A stretch of 64,000 nt of DNA, from positions 18,104 through 82,103 of the IMG/VR virus record IMGVR_UViG_3300043409_001427, one strand, 5' to 3'. Positions 36,956-46,809 of this stretch are shown piece by piece (position 1 is the stretch's first letter; every line of letters begins with the position of its first letter). The DNA is from a virus. The translations under genes were made by a program, and so were the position numbers. The notes beneath the pieces are model-generated. The model saw only the letters and a list, made by a program, of their open reading frames with translations, was not told the origin of the DNA and made no database searches.

Positions 36956-39517
36956 ATGGCAGATGAAGTAATTAGTGGTGGTCAACAGATAGCATCAGAA
37001 GCAACTTTGCAACGGTTATTAGACTCCGTCGCCGGAAGTGGTGATTCGTCTGCCGCTCTCAAAATTAAAGAGTTAGGTGAAAAATCAAAAGTTGCGGGTA
37101 AAGAACTTGAGCAGTTTAAAGATTGGATTGGTAAAACTATAGAAGCATCTTCTGCGTTAACCAAATCTTTTATTTCAGGGACCGCAACAACTAGTCAAAT
37201 GGCAGGTGTGTTAGGAACTTTACCGGGACCAATTGGATTAGTGTTTCAAGGCCTAAGTAAACTAGCAGGTTTCCAAGAACAAGCTATGACACAATATCAG
37301 GTCATGAGCAAAGCTGGTATTAGTTTTGGAGGCAGCTTAACCGAGATGCGTAAGGCCGCCGCCGATACACACATGACATTAGAACAATTTGCTTCTTTTA
37401 TGAAAAACAATGCCGCCGATATGATAAGATTGGGCGGTAGTGCAAATGAAGGAGCAAAGGCATTTAGATTGTTGAGTAATGAATTATTAACTAGCCCAGC
37501 TGGTGCAAATTTACAAGCACTGGGTTATACCACTGAAGAAGTTAATCAAGGTATGATTAACTATATTGCAATGACTGGTGGCAGAACTAAAGAAGAATTA
37601 AAAAACTCTAAAGAAGTTACTGCCGGCGCTCAAAATTATCTAGAACAGATGGATAGACTTGCAGATATAACAGGTAAGACTAGAGATGAACTACAAAAAG
37701 AATTAAAACAAAAACAAGAAGTCGCTGATATAGAATTATATAAAGCATCACTTAGCAAAGAAGATCGAGAAAAGTTCAGCGCAGTTTATAATGATGCACT
37801 AGCAAAATATGGACAAGGTGCTGCCGATAATGTATTGGCACAGGCACAAGGACGAGCAGTGACAACAGAGGCAGGCAAAAAATATGCCGCACTTGCCCCA
37901 CAAGCCGCTAATGCATTAAAAGATCAATACAACATGACGATGCAATATGGTGCAAAAAGCGCCCAGGCTCGTCAAGCAGAAGACAATGCTAGACTATCAA
38001 ATAGAGATGCTTTCCAAAGATTTTCTGGTACGCTAGCATCTTCCACTGACCTATTAAAAGGAAATGAATCAGCCGCAATACGAGCCGCAAAAGATACGGC
38101 GGCAGGCATGACCACTCAGAAAGCACTAACTGATGCAGAAAAATCAAGAGATGCCGCTAAAGCAGAACAAGTAGAAAGCGAAGCTAAGTCAATGGCTATA
38201 GCAAATCAGAATTTAAAAGAGTTTAGTTCTGTAATATTATCATTTATTAGTCCATTCATCAGCGCATTAACTCCGCTTATTTCAGGATTAAGTTATTTGA
38301 CGCCTATTATAGGTACAGTTGCCGCCGTGTTAGTAGCAGTAAAAGTTGCCGGAATGGCAGTTGCGGCTTGGGAATGGCAAAAGCTAGCGGTCGCCAAAGC
38401 AAAAGCTGCGTTTCAAGGCGGCGGCGCTAAAGGAGTTGCCTCAATGCTACTTGGTGCAAAAGGCGGCGCGGCCCCAACAGTTCCAACACCTCCTGCTACT
38501 GGACCACTTGCTGCCGCTAAAGGCGGTGGTGGCGGGTTTATTGACTTTATCAAATCTCTAGGTAGGGGACTTGCAAGTCTAGCACCTATTGCTGTTCCTA
38601 TGTTGATTGGTGCTGCCGCAGTTTCGGGTGTTATTGCATTACTGGGTCTAGGTATTGCAGCCGCAATAGCGTTAATTGGTTTAAGTTTACCTGTGTTTGC
38701 CAAAGGATTAAAAGACATTGCAGAGATTGACGGCATGAACTTATTAAAGGTTGCCGCAGGTATAACAGCACTAGGATTTGCGATGGTTGCGTTTACCGCA
38801 GGCAGTGTTGTTGGGGGACTAGGAGCAATTGGTGCTAAAGTATTAAACTTCTTTTCCGGTGGTGGCCCAATTGGATTAATTAAAGATTCAGTAAATGAAC
38901 TTAGTCCGATATTGCCGCAATTGCTTGCCCTTGGACCAGCATTACAAACATTTTCAACAAGTTTGAATGCAGGGTTTAGCGGTATAGATACTGCTAAGTT
39001 ACAAGAGTTAGCTTCTGGTATTAGTTCACTAGGATCATCTTTAGTTGCATTTTCCGGAGCTACAGTTGCCGCAGGATTGGCGGGAGCAGGATCACAAATT
39101 ATTAGTTTCTTTACTGGTGGTGGACCAATTGCACAGATTAAAACTACAGTTGCCGAACTAAGTCCATTAATACCATCAATGCAGGCATTGGGACCTGCAT
39201 TAAGCAACTACTCGTCTGCAATAGTTAGTTTTGGTAAAGCAGTTAGCGGTGTTGATATTGCCAAAGCAGAAAAATTAAAAGAAGCAATGAAAGGTCCGGG
39301 ACTAGCTGAATCTATCAGTAGTGCCGCTGGCAAAATGGTTTCGGCTACAGCAAACCTAGTATCAGGCCAACAAGGGTCTGGAGAAAAAACTAGTTTGGCC
39401 TTAACTACATTAAATAACACTATAAATGATTTAAAAGTTATCATGAGAGAAGTGGCTGAAAACACTAAGAATAATGTCAATGCTACTAAGAAACTCAATG
39501 GTAATCTATTTGCGTAA
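36956..39517 (+). CDS. Tape-measure-like protein (gp29 analogue)
   Basis: 853 aa, Ala/Gly-rich and helical, with an ASEATL N-terminal motif, hydrophobic segments and an internal 86-aa duplication; adjacent to the gp26-like gene. Confidence 0.7.
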   Translation: MADEVISGGQQIASEATLQRLLDSVAGSGDSSAALKIKELGEKSKVAGKELEQFKDWIGKTIEASSALTKSFISGTATTSQMAGVLGTLPGPIGLVFQGLSKLAGFQEQAMTQYQVMSKAGISFGGSLTEMRKAAADTHMTLEQFASFMKNNAADMIRLGGSANEGAKAFRLLSNELLTSPAGANLQALGYTTEEVNQGMINYIAMTGGRTKEELKNSKEVTAGAQNYLEQMDRLADITGKTRDELQKELKQKQEVADIELYKASLSKEDREKFSAVYNDALAKYGQGAADNVLAQAQGRAVTTEAGKKYAALAPQAANALKDQYNMTMQYGAKSAQARQAEDNARLSNRDAFQRFSGTLASSTDLLKGNESAAIRAAKDTAAGMTTQKALTDAEKSRDAAKAEQVESEAKSMAIANQNLKEFSSVILSFISPFISALTPLISGLSYLTPIIGTVAAVLVAVKVAGMAVAAWEWQKLAVAKAKAAFQGGGAKGVASMLLGAKGGAAPTVPTPPATGPLAAAKGGGGGFIDFIKSLGRGLASLAPIAVPMLIGAAAVSGVIALLGLGIAAAIALIGLSLPVFAKGLKDIAEIDGMNLLKVAAGITALGFAMVAFTAGSVVGGLGAIGAKVLNFFSGGGPIGLIKDSVNELSPILPQLLALGPALQTFSTSLNAGFSGIDTAKLQELASGISSLGSSLVAFSGATVAAGLAGAGSQIISFFTGGGPIAQIKTTVAELSPLIPSMQALGPALSNYSSAIVSFGKAVSGVDIAKAEKLKEAMKGPGLAESISSAAGKMVSATANLVSGQQGSGEKTSLALTTLNNTINDLKVIMREVAENTKNNVNATKKLNGNLFA

Positions 39518-39532
39518 TTAAAGGATACTAAA

Positions 39533-41239
39533 TTGTCTTGGAAAAAATTCTTTACTCCAGTTGATGTAAGTGGAAAACTGGGCCCGATCAGCGGGAACAT
39601 GTCCACCGGCGGCAATATGCCTGGTCGAACAAATTATTCTAGTTATCTGCCTGATATCTATGCTGGACATCCTAATCGTTTAGAACGATATGGTCAGTAC
39701 GATACCATGGACACGGACAGCGAGGTTAATGCCGCATTTGATATTTTGGCTGAGTTTTGTACACAGTCAAATGATGAGAATGGAACACCGTTTCAAATCT
39801 TTTTTAAAGAACAGGCAACACAAACGGAAATTAAAATCATTAAGAAATATCTACAACAGTGGACTAGACTGAATCATTTCCAAATCCGCATGTTTAAGAT
39901 CGTTCGCAATGCATTTAAGTATGGTGACACTTTCTTTGTAAGAGATCCGGAAAATCAATCGTGGATGTATATTGATCCCGCTAAGGTAGATAAAATCATC
40001 GTAAACGAAAGCGATGGTAAGAAACCCGAGCAATATTTTATCCGTGACTTTAACCCTAACTTAGAGACACTGGCAGTGACTGCTATTCAACCCACTAATG
40101 CAAATGGTGGAGGTAGTAGTTATGGTTCAGGAAATACCGGCGCAGGTGGTAGCAGAGGTATGACAGGGTCGGTTCCCCAAGCAACTGGAAGCCGCTTTAC
40201 ACAAAATCAAAATCAATATGCAATAGATGCTCGCCATGTGATTCATATTAGCATGAGCGAAGGATTAGATAACAACTATCCATTTGGAAATAGTCTAATG
40301 GAAGGTATTTTTAAAGTATTCAAACAAAAAGAATTACTTGAAGATAGTATTCTAATCTATCGTATACAGAGAGCGCCTGAGCGCAGAGTATTCTACATTG
40401 ATGTAGGAAATATGCCAAGTCACTTGGCTATGAGCTTTGTTGAGCGTGTTAAAAATGAAGTTAACCAACGCCGCATACCTAGTGTAACTGGCGGGTCACA
40501 AAGCGTTATTGATGCAAGTTACAACCCTTTAAGCATTAACGAAGATTACTTCTTTCCTCAAACAGCAGAAGGTCGAGGAAGTAAAGTTGAAATCCTTCAA
40601 GGCGGTCAAAACTTAGGAGAGATCGATGATCTTAGATATTTTACTAATAAGCTATTTCGTGCTTTACGCATACCTTCAAGTTATCTACCTACCGGGTCTG
40701 ACGACGGAGGATCTAACTTCAATGATGGTCGAGTTGGCACCGCGTACATTCAAGAATTAAGATTTAACAAGTATTGCGAACGACTACAAAGTCTATTAAA
40801 CGGACCGTTTGATAACGAATTTAAATTGTATCTACATACACAAGGTGTAAATGTAGACAGCAATGTATTTGAAATCCAGTTTAATCCTCCGCAAAACTTT
40901 GCCGCTTATCGTCAAGCAGAGATGGATACTGCCCGTGTTAATACATTTAACACTATGATAGCAGTTCCGATGATCAGCAAACGATTTGCAATGAAGCGTT
41001 TCTTAGGTATGACTACAGAAGAAGTTGCAGAGAATGAAAAACTATGGAAAGAAGAAAATGTTGATGAAGATCAATATCTAAGTGCTAGTAGCGAACTAAG
41101 AAGCGCAGGAATTACAGCAAACGGTATGGCCGCAGACTCTTCAGCATTAAGTTCTAGTGCTCTACCCCCAGAAGATCCAGCAGCCGATCCCACTGCCGCC
41201 GCAGAACCCGCCCCAGCAACTCCGCCAGCGGCAGCATAA
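39533..41239 (+). CDS. gp20: Portal vertex protein (TTG start)
   Basis: LLEDS.LIYRIQRAPERRVFYIDVGNMP, EDYFFP..AEGRGS.VE.L.GG.NLGEIDD..YF..KL.RAL.IP.SYL and ELRF.KY..RLQ. SD AAGGA precedes the TTG. Confidence 0.95.
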   Translation: MSWKKFFTPVDVSGKLGPISGNMSTGGNMPGRTNYSSYLPDIYAGHPNRLERYGQYDTMDTDSEVNAAFDILAEFCTQSNDENGTPFQIFFKEQATQTEIKIIKKYLQQWTRLNHFQIRMFKIVRNAFKYGDTFFVRDPENQSWMYIDPAKVDKIIVNESDGKKPEQYFIRDFNPNLETLAVTAIQPTNANGGGSSYGSGNTGAGGSRGMTGSVPQATGSRFTQNQNQYAIDARHVIHISMSEGLDNNYPFGNSLMEGIFKVFKQKELLEDSILIYRIQRAPERRVFYIDVGNMPSHLAMSFVERVKNEVNQRRIPSVTGGSQSVIDASYNPLSINEDYFFPQTAEGRGSKVEILQGGQNLGEIDDLRYFTNKLFRALRIPSSYLPTGSDDGGSNFNDGRVGTAYIQELRFNKYCERLQSLLNGPFDNEFKLYLHTQGVNVDSNVFEIQFNPPQNFAAYRQAEMDTARVNTFNTMIAVPMISKRFAMKRFLGMTTEEVAENEKLWKEENVDEDQYLSASSELRSAGITANGMAADSSALSSSALPPEDPAADPTAAAEPAPATPPAAA

Positions 41240-41247
41240 ATACTAAC

Positions 41248-41493
41248 ATGATACTAAGAGAATTCATTTATTTCGATCGCGATCACAGAGATCCTCAAGA
41301 GGACAATCGGTACAATAGTCAAAATGATACCAGCATTCTTAAGAGTAAAGACCTGCGTAAGACTCGGTTAACACTCCGTATGATCAACGATATTCGTAAA
41401 GCTGCCGAAGCCCACGATAAAGAAAAGCGTGAAGAACTTGGTCTAGTTAGAAAAATGTACGCCGCACCTCCTCCAGAAGCCGCCCCTATATAA
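41248..41493 (+). CDS. Small hypothetical head-module protein
   Basis: 81 aa, RKTRLTL..IN..RK..MY motif; TAAATA sits 5 nt upstream of the ATG. Confidence 0.7.
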   Translation: MILREFIYFDRDHRDPQEDNRYNSQNDTSILKSKDLRKTRLTLRMINDIRKAAEAHDKEKREELGLVRKMYAAPPPEAAPI

Positions 41494-41686
41494 ATATAGT
41501 AAACTACAAACATAAGTTTTGTTATCAAAAACTAAATATTTTTAACAAAACTTGTCAATTCCAGGATCAAATCCTCGGACTTTCTTGCCAGAACGGCTCG
41601 TTTTTGGCCTATTTCGCATACTAAAATTAACTATGCTGTAAATACCATACAGCATTGCCGCTACCATAATAGGAGAATTTATTAAC

Positions 41687-42703
41687 ATGTCTACAAAATT
41701 TGAAGAGTTGCTTGATCTTTTGATTAACGAAGAACACGAAAAAGCCAATGAGCTTTTCCATGAGATCGTTGTTGAAAAGTCTCGCTCAATATACGAAAAC
41801 CTTATCGCCGAAGAAGAGGATGAGGAAGCCGACGAGAGTCAAGAAGATGATGATGAGTCTGTAGAAGAAGCTTCTGAAGAAGAAGACGAATCCGTAGATG
41901 AAAGTGCCGACGAAGAAGCCGACGAAAGTGTAGACCTAGAAGATAGCTACATGATGGACGCTGGAGACGAGCATGACGACGGTCTTGGTGGTGACGCTAC
42001 TGACGACCTAGGTGCAGAAATTGGTGCTACAGATGGCGCTGGTGAAGAAGATCCAGAATCGTCTGAAGAACAAGCAATTTTTGATATCAAGAACGCAATT
42101 GAAGAATTAGAAGCAGCCTTTGCTGACCTAGAAGCATCTCAAGGTGCTGAAGCTGGTACAGACTTCGGTGACGAAGAAGGCGACGATGATTCCGAAATGG
42201 GGTCCGACGATGAAATGATGGGTCAACCAGCATTTGAAGGTCGTAAACTTCGTGAGTACTCAGAAAAAGTTGGAAACGACTGGGAAAAGAACAGCCAAAA
42301 AACTGACGGTGATGAAGCTGGTGCAGGCACCGGTGAAAAGATGAGCCGACCAGTTGCAGGTAAAAGCCCAGTAAGTTCCGGTAAAGGTAAGCCTACAACA
42401 GGTGCTACTGCTAAGAACATTCTAGGCGACCAGAAAGTTGGTCAAGGTAAGAATACCGGCGACCGTCCTGATAGCCTAAACAAAGGTATTGCACAAGTTA
42501 GCGGTGAAAAACTAGCTAATGGCATGCAGAATGTTGATGGTAAGAAGTCAGGTGTTAAGACATTGTCTAAACAAGGTGCTGGATATCCTGGTAATAACAA
42601 GTCCGCTGGCCCAGTAGGTTCCGGAACAGGCGACAAAGCAGGACAAACAAGCGTTGGTAATGTAAAGAGCCCAATCAACGGTGCTCCTAACCGCAACGCC
42701 TAA
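41687..42703 (+). CDS. Acidic prohead core protein (gp67/gp68-like position)
   Basis: KFE.LLD.LINEE.EKA.ELFHEIVVEKSR.IYE followed by Asp/Glu tracts; strong SD AGGAGA; lies between portal and protease. Confidence 0.7.
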   Translation: MSTKFEELLDLLINEEHEKANELFHEIVVEKSRSIYENLIAEEEDEEADESQEDDDESVEEASEEEDESVDESADEEADESVDLEDSYMMDAGDEHDDGLGGDATDDLGAEIGATDGAGEEDPESSEEQAIFDIKNAIEELEAAFADLEASQGAEAGTDFGDEEGDDDSEMGSDDEMMGQPAFEGRKLREYSEKVGNDWEKNSQKTDGDEAGAGTGEKMSRPVAGKSPVSSGKGKPTTGATAKNILGDQKVGQGKNTGDRPDSLNKGIAQVSGEKLANGMQNVDGKKSGVKTLSKQGAGYPGNNKSAGPVGSGTGDKAGQTSVGNVKSPINGAPNRNA

Positions 42704-42716
42704 TTAGAGAAACTGG

Positions 42717-43349
42717 ATGAAAAAAATAGCTTACTTAAGAGAACACCTTAGTTTTGATCAGTCCGGCATCGTAATGGAGTCGGACGATAAAGATGGTAAG
42801 ACTCTTCATTTGAAGGGAATTGCAATTCAAGGTGGAATCCGTAATGCTAATCAAAGAGTTTACCCCGTAGACGAAATTGAAAGAGCCGTTAAATCGCTGA
42901 ATGACCAAATTCAAAATGGTTATTCAGTGTTAGGCGAAGTTGATCATCCAGATGATCTTAAAGTGAATTTAGACCGTGTCAGCCACATGATTACAAATAT
43001 GTGGATGGAAGGTCCAAACGGCTATGGAAAGATGAAAATACTTCCTACGCCGATGGGAAATTTAGTCCGCACCATGCTTGAAAGCGGTGTAAAACTTGGT
43101 GTTAGTTCTCGTGGTAGTGGCAATGTCAACGACATGAACGGCCATGTATCCGATTTTGAGATTATCACTGTGGACATAGTAGCCCAGCCCAGCGCCCCTG
43201 GTGCTTATCCTACCCCCGTGTACGAACATTTAATGAACGCCCGCGGCGGTATGAGAGCATTCAAGGTTGCTACTGAAGTAAAAGAAGATCCCAAGGCCCA
43301 AAAATATCTACAAGAATCGATCTTGCAGATCATCAAAGGTCTAAAATAA
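42717..43349 (+). CDS. gp21: Prohead core protease
   Basis: GI.IQ....N.N.RVYP, LGE.DHP, RVSH.I, TPMG, LGVSSRGSG and D.VA.PSAP.A. Confidence 0.96.
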   Translation: MKKIAYLREHLSFDQSGIVMESDDKDGKTLHLKGIAIQGGIRNANQRVYPVDEIERAVKSLNDQIQNGYSVLGEVDHPDDLKVNLDRVSHMITNMWMEGPNGYGKMKILPTPMGNLVRTMLESGVKLGVSSRGSGNVNDMNGHVSDFEIITVDIVAQPSAPGAYPTPVYEHLMNARGGMRAFKVATEVKEDPKAQKYLQESILQIIKGLK

Positions 43350-43366
43350 TGCCCGAGGAGAAATAT

Positions 43367-44458
43367 ATGTTGGACGCATTCAAACAATTAGTTGAGTCAG
43401 GCGTAATGACAGAAGAGACAACTCAAGTTGTTGAGGCTGCTATTGCCGCTAAAATTCAAGAGAATCGCGACCAAGTAACCGCAGAACTTCGTGAAGAATT
43501 TGCTCAAAAATACAATCAAGACAAGAGCTTGATCGTAGAAGCAGTCGACAAGATGTTAAGCGAACGATTGGCCGTTGAGATGACAGAATTGTATTCTGAC
43601 AAACAAGCCTTAGCCGAAGCAAAACTAGCATATCAAAAAAAGATTGCTGGAGATGCTAAGAAACTAGAAGGATTTGTTATTAAACAATTAGGAAAAGAAT
43701 TGGTCGAGTTCCAAGGAGACCGTAAGAAAGTTTCTGAGAACTTCGCTAAGTTAGAGCAATTTGTAGTTCATGCTCTATCGAAAGAGATCAAAGAATTTGC
43801 CACTGATAAGAAGGATCTAGCTGAAACGAAAGTTAAGTTAGTTCGTGAAGCTAAGAGCAGATTTAACGATATTAAGCATAACTTTATTAAACAAAGTGCT
43901 AAAGTAGTTGAGACAGCAGTAACTAAAAAGTTAACAACTGAAATCAAGCAATTGAAAGAAGATATTGACTCTGCTCGTAACAATGATTTTGGTCGTAAAA
44001 TTTATGAAGCATTTGCACAAGAGTTTGCCGGTTCCTATCTAAACGAGAAATCTGAAACAAGTAAATTGTTAAAGATCATCGAGAAGAAAGAACATGAACT
44101 AGCAGAAGCAAAAACCGCAGTAACTGAAAAGAATTCTCTAGTAGAATCCGCAAACCGCGAAATTCGAATCACAAAAGATTTGATGGAGCGCAAGCAAGTT
44201 ATGGGCGAATTGTTAGCACCGTTAAGTGCTGATAAGCGAGCGTTAATGAAAGAACTTCTTGAGTCGACCTCGACAAAGAAACTTACAGAATCGTTTGACA
44301 AATACCTACCAGCAGTTATGGAAGGCCAGAGGAAAGTAGTTGCTCCACAAAAAGCAATGTTATCTGAAGGTACAGAAGTAACCGGAAATCGTGAAGTTAA
44401 GCCCGAGGTAGGCTTAGATAACATTTTAGACATCCGCAAATTAGCGGGTCTAAAATAA
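43367..44458 (+). CDS. gp22: Prohead scaffolding protein (start likely 43367, after SD GAGGAG)
   Basis: Coiled-coil, Glu/Lys-rich protein between gp21 and gp23; FGRKIYEAF..EF. Confidence 0.85.
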   Translation: MLDAFKQLVESGVMTEETTQVVEAAIAAKIQENRDQVTAELREEFAQKYNQDKSLIVEAVDKMLSERLAVEMTELYSDKQALAEAKLAYQKKIAGDAKKLEGFVIKQLGKELVEFQGDRKKVSENFAKLEQFVVHALSKEIKEFATDKKDLAETKVKLVREAKSRFNDIKHNFIKQSAKVVETAVTKKLTTEIKQLKEDIDSARNNDFGRKIYEAFAQEFAGSYLNEKSETSKLLKIIEKKEHELAEAKTAVTEKNSLVESANREIRITKDLMERKQVMGELLAPLSADKRALMKELLESTSTKKLTESFDKYLPAVMEGQRKVVAPQKAMLSEGTEVTGNREVKPEVGLDNILDIRKLAGLK

Positions 44459-44485
44459 TTTTAATATTCAAGGAGAAGACATAAA

Positions 44486-45673
44486 ATGTCACAACTATTA
44501 AATGAAAGATGGTCAGAGACCAAAGAAGCTCTGCTTGAAGGCCTATCTGGTAACCGTAAAGCATCTATGAGCGTATGCTTAGAGAATACTCGTCGGTACT
44601 TGGGTGAGTCTGCATCAGCAGGTGCAACAAGCGCCGGTAATGTAGCAACACTTAACCGTGTTATTCTACCAGTTATCCGTCGTGTTATGCCAACAGTTAT
44701 TGCCAACGAAATCATCGGCGTTCAGCCAATGACAGGCCCTGTTGGTCAGATCCACACATTGCGTGTTCGTTATGCTGATTCTAGCAACGAAGTTAGCGCA
44801 GGTGAAGAAGCATTGAGCCCATTCAAAATTGCTCAAGCATATTCTGGTAACGACAACAGCACAACCCCTCGTGCTGCTGCCACAAGTACTTTAGAAGGTA
44901 CACCAGGTAAGCGTATGAGCATTCAAATCTTGAAAGCAGCCGTAGAAGCTAAGTCACGCAAGCTATCAGCTCGTTGGACATTCGAGGCAGCACAAGATGC
45001 ACAAGCTCAACAAGGTATCGATATCGAAGCAGAAATCATGGCCGCTTTAGCACAAGAAATTACTGCTGAAATCGACCAAGAGATCCTAGCAAGCCTACGC
45101 GGGTTGGCAAGTGTTGAAGAAACATATGACCAAGCACTAGTGTCTGGTACAGCCACATTCGTTGGTGACGAGCATGCCGCTCTAGCTATTCAGATCAATC
45201 GTGTTGCTAACTTAATTGCTCAGCGTACACGCCGTGGTTCTGCAAACTGGGCTGTTGTTTCTAACCAAGCATTGACAATCCTACAATCTGCTACTACAAG
45301 CGCATTTGCTCGTACAACAGAAGGTACATTTGAAGCTCCTACAAACACTAAGTTTGTTGGTACATTGAATGGTGCAATGCGTATCTATGTAGATGCATAT
45401 CTACCAGATAGCGGTTCACAGGGAATCGAAGACAACCAAGTTCTAGTTGGATACAAAGGTACCAGCGAGGCTGATGCAGCCGCGTTCTATTGCCCATACA
45501 TTCCTCTAATGAGCTCTGGTGTGGTTCTAGATCCAGCAACATTCGAACCAGTAGTTGGCTTCTTAACACGCTACGGCTATGTTGAGTTGACAAACACAGC
45601 GTCTAGCTTAGGCAACGCCGCTGACTACCTAGGCAAAGTGTCTATCAATTCTGATAACACAAGCTTCAAGTAA
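44486..45673 (+). CDS. gp23: Major capsid protein
   Basis: LPVIRRVMP..IA.EI.GVQPMTGP.GQI, V.AKSRKL.ARWT.E.AQD, EI.AEID.EI, TRRG..N, FYCPYIPL and F.TRYG. Confidence 0.98.
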   Translation: MSQLLNERWSETKEALLEGLSGNRKASMSVCLENTRRYLGESASAGATSAGNVATLNRVILPVIRRVMPTVIANEIIGVQPMTGPVGQIHTLRVRYADSSNEVSAGEEALSPFKIAQAYSGNDNSTTPRAAATSTLEGTPGKRMSIQILKAAVEAKSRKLSARWTFEAAQDAQAQQGIDIEAEIMAALAQEITAEIDQEILASLRGLASVEETYDQALVSGTATFVGDEHAALAIQINRVANLIAQRTRRGSANWAVVSNQALTILQSATTSAFARTTEGTFEAPTNTKFVGTLNGAMRIYVDAYLPDSGSQGIEDNQVLVGYKGTSEADAAAFYCPYIPLMSSGVVLDPATFEPVVGFLTRYGYVELTNTASSLGNAADYLGKVSINSDNTSFK

Positions 45674-45704
45674 TCACAAAGAACTGCTTTATAGCAAAAA
45701 CAGG

Positions 45705-45730
45705 AAACCCGCGTTATGCGGGTTTTTTGT
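45705..45730 (+). terminator. Intrinsic terminator after gp23
   Basis: AAACCCGC-GTTAT-GCGGGTTT followed by a T tract. Confidence 0.85.
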
Positions 45731-45754
45731 TGGACCTAATATCTGCAAACTTGC

Positions 45755-45816
45755 TAAATAATCATGTTCACCCCGTAAGGGAGTTTATGCGGTCCCCACC
45801 GCGTAGGCAATAGAAC
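45755..45816 (+). promoter_or_regulatory. Putative late promoter (TAAATA 45755-60) and structured 5' leader (three-way junction)
   Basis: GTTC/GAAC closing stem, CCC-GTAA-GGG hairpin and an 11-bp G-U-containing stem GTTTATGCGGT/ACCGCGTAGGC. Confidence 0.55.
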
Positions 45817-45842
45817 TGTCTAACAATTTAAGGAGAAACAAA

Positions 45843-46748
45843 ATGGGACGCCCTATTAAAAAACAATTTTTTGGAAATTTAAACCTAGGTGCTGCAACAA
45901 CTACTGATGATGGTATCGGTGGTGAAGGAGTCAGTTCAGTAATTACTATTGGAACTGCCGGCACACATTACTCACAAGGCGCAGTTGCAGTTTTCACTGC
46001 ACCGGGCTTGCCAACAGGTGTTACTGCAACAGCCGATCTTACAATCAGCACACCAGGCGGCGCTGTTACAGCTATCGCATTAACTAACAAAGGTTCTGGT
46101 TACACAGGAACAGCAACAATTACAATTACTACTGCTACTGGAGTTGCCTCATCCGCAACATTCAACAGCGGGTTGCTAGGTGCTAATACATTTACAGTTG
46201 CAAGCGTAACTGGTATTGTTGTTGGTATGACTGTTGCCGGTGCCGCAACTGGTTCTTCCGGAAAAGTACAAAGTATTAACTCTGGTCTAAAAAGAATTAC
46301 AACTACTGTAAACAATGCAAATACCTGGACTGACGCCGGTGACTTAACATTTACTGATTTAGGTACTGGTGCCCTGTTTATCACAACATTAACAACTACA
46401 GAGCAAAACGCTCTTAATGTTAGTGCAAAGTTACTTGCAAAAGATGGCGGTACTGCTGTTCTGGCATCTGACATCGTTAAACAAGAAGCAAGTCGTCGTT
46501 ATCTAGTTAAGAACACAGACGGAACAGGTCAGTGTATACTAGTTGCTAGTGATACACCGGCTTTTGGCCAAATGAATATGACAGCAACTGATTCTGGTAG
46601 CAACACCTACTGGGTTACTAAACTAACTGCTCGTCGTTGTACTTTGACCCAACGCACTGGTAGTACACATGAATTTGCCTCAGGCACAACAGCAGGTTGG
46701 AATATTACTGCCGCAGCCACAGGTGTTGTAAAACTCGGTAATGCTTAA
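45843..46748 (+). CDS. Thr/Gly-rich putative virion structural (decoration-like) protein
   Basis: MGRPIKK.FFG start, GSGYT motif and IVKQ..SRRYLV; has its own promoter, strong SD and terminator directly after gp23. Confidence 0.65.
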   Translation: MGRPIKKQFFGNLNLGAATTTDDGIGGEGVSSVITIGTAGTHYSQGAVAVFTAPGLPTGVTATADLTISTPGGAVTAIALTNKGSGYTGTATITITTATGVASSATFNSGLLGANTFTVASVTGIVVGMTVAGAATGSSGKVQSINSGLKRITTTVNNANTWTDAGDLTFTDLGTGALFITTLTTTEQNALNVSAKLLAKDGGTAVLASDIVKQEASRRYLVKNTDGTGQCILVASDTPAFGQMNMTATDSGSNTYWVTKLTARRCTLTQRTGSTHEFASGTTAGWNITAAATGVVKLGNA

Positions 46749-46766
46749 TTAGTTTTAAGCTCACGG

Positions 46767-46792
46767 AAAAGGACTCTACGGAGTCCTTTTTT
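46767..46792 (+). terminator. Intrinsic terminator (possibly bidirectional)
   Basis: AAAA-GGACTC-TACG-GAGTCC-TTTTTT with a cUACGg tetraloop. Confidence 0.9.
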
Positions 46793-46809
46793 ATTCTGGT
46801 AAATACAGG

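Noticed and set aside
38413-39207. 264-aa antisense ORF and the many other 60-160-aa antisense or alternate-frame ORFs
   Set aside because: They are shadows of long Gly/Ala/Thr-rich genes, fully nested and without motifs or initiation signals.
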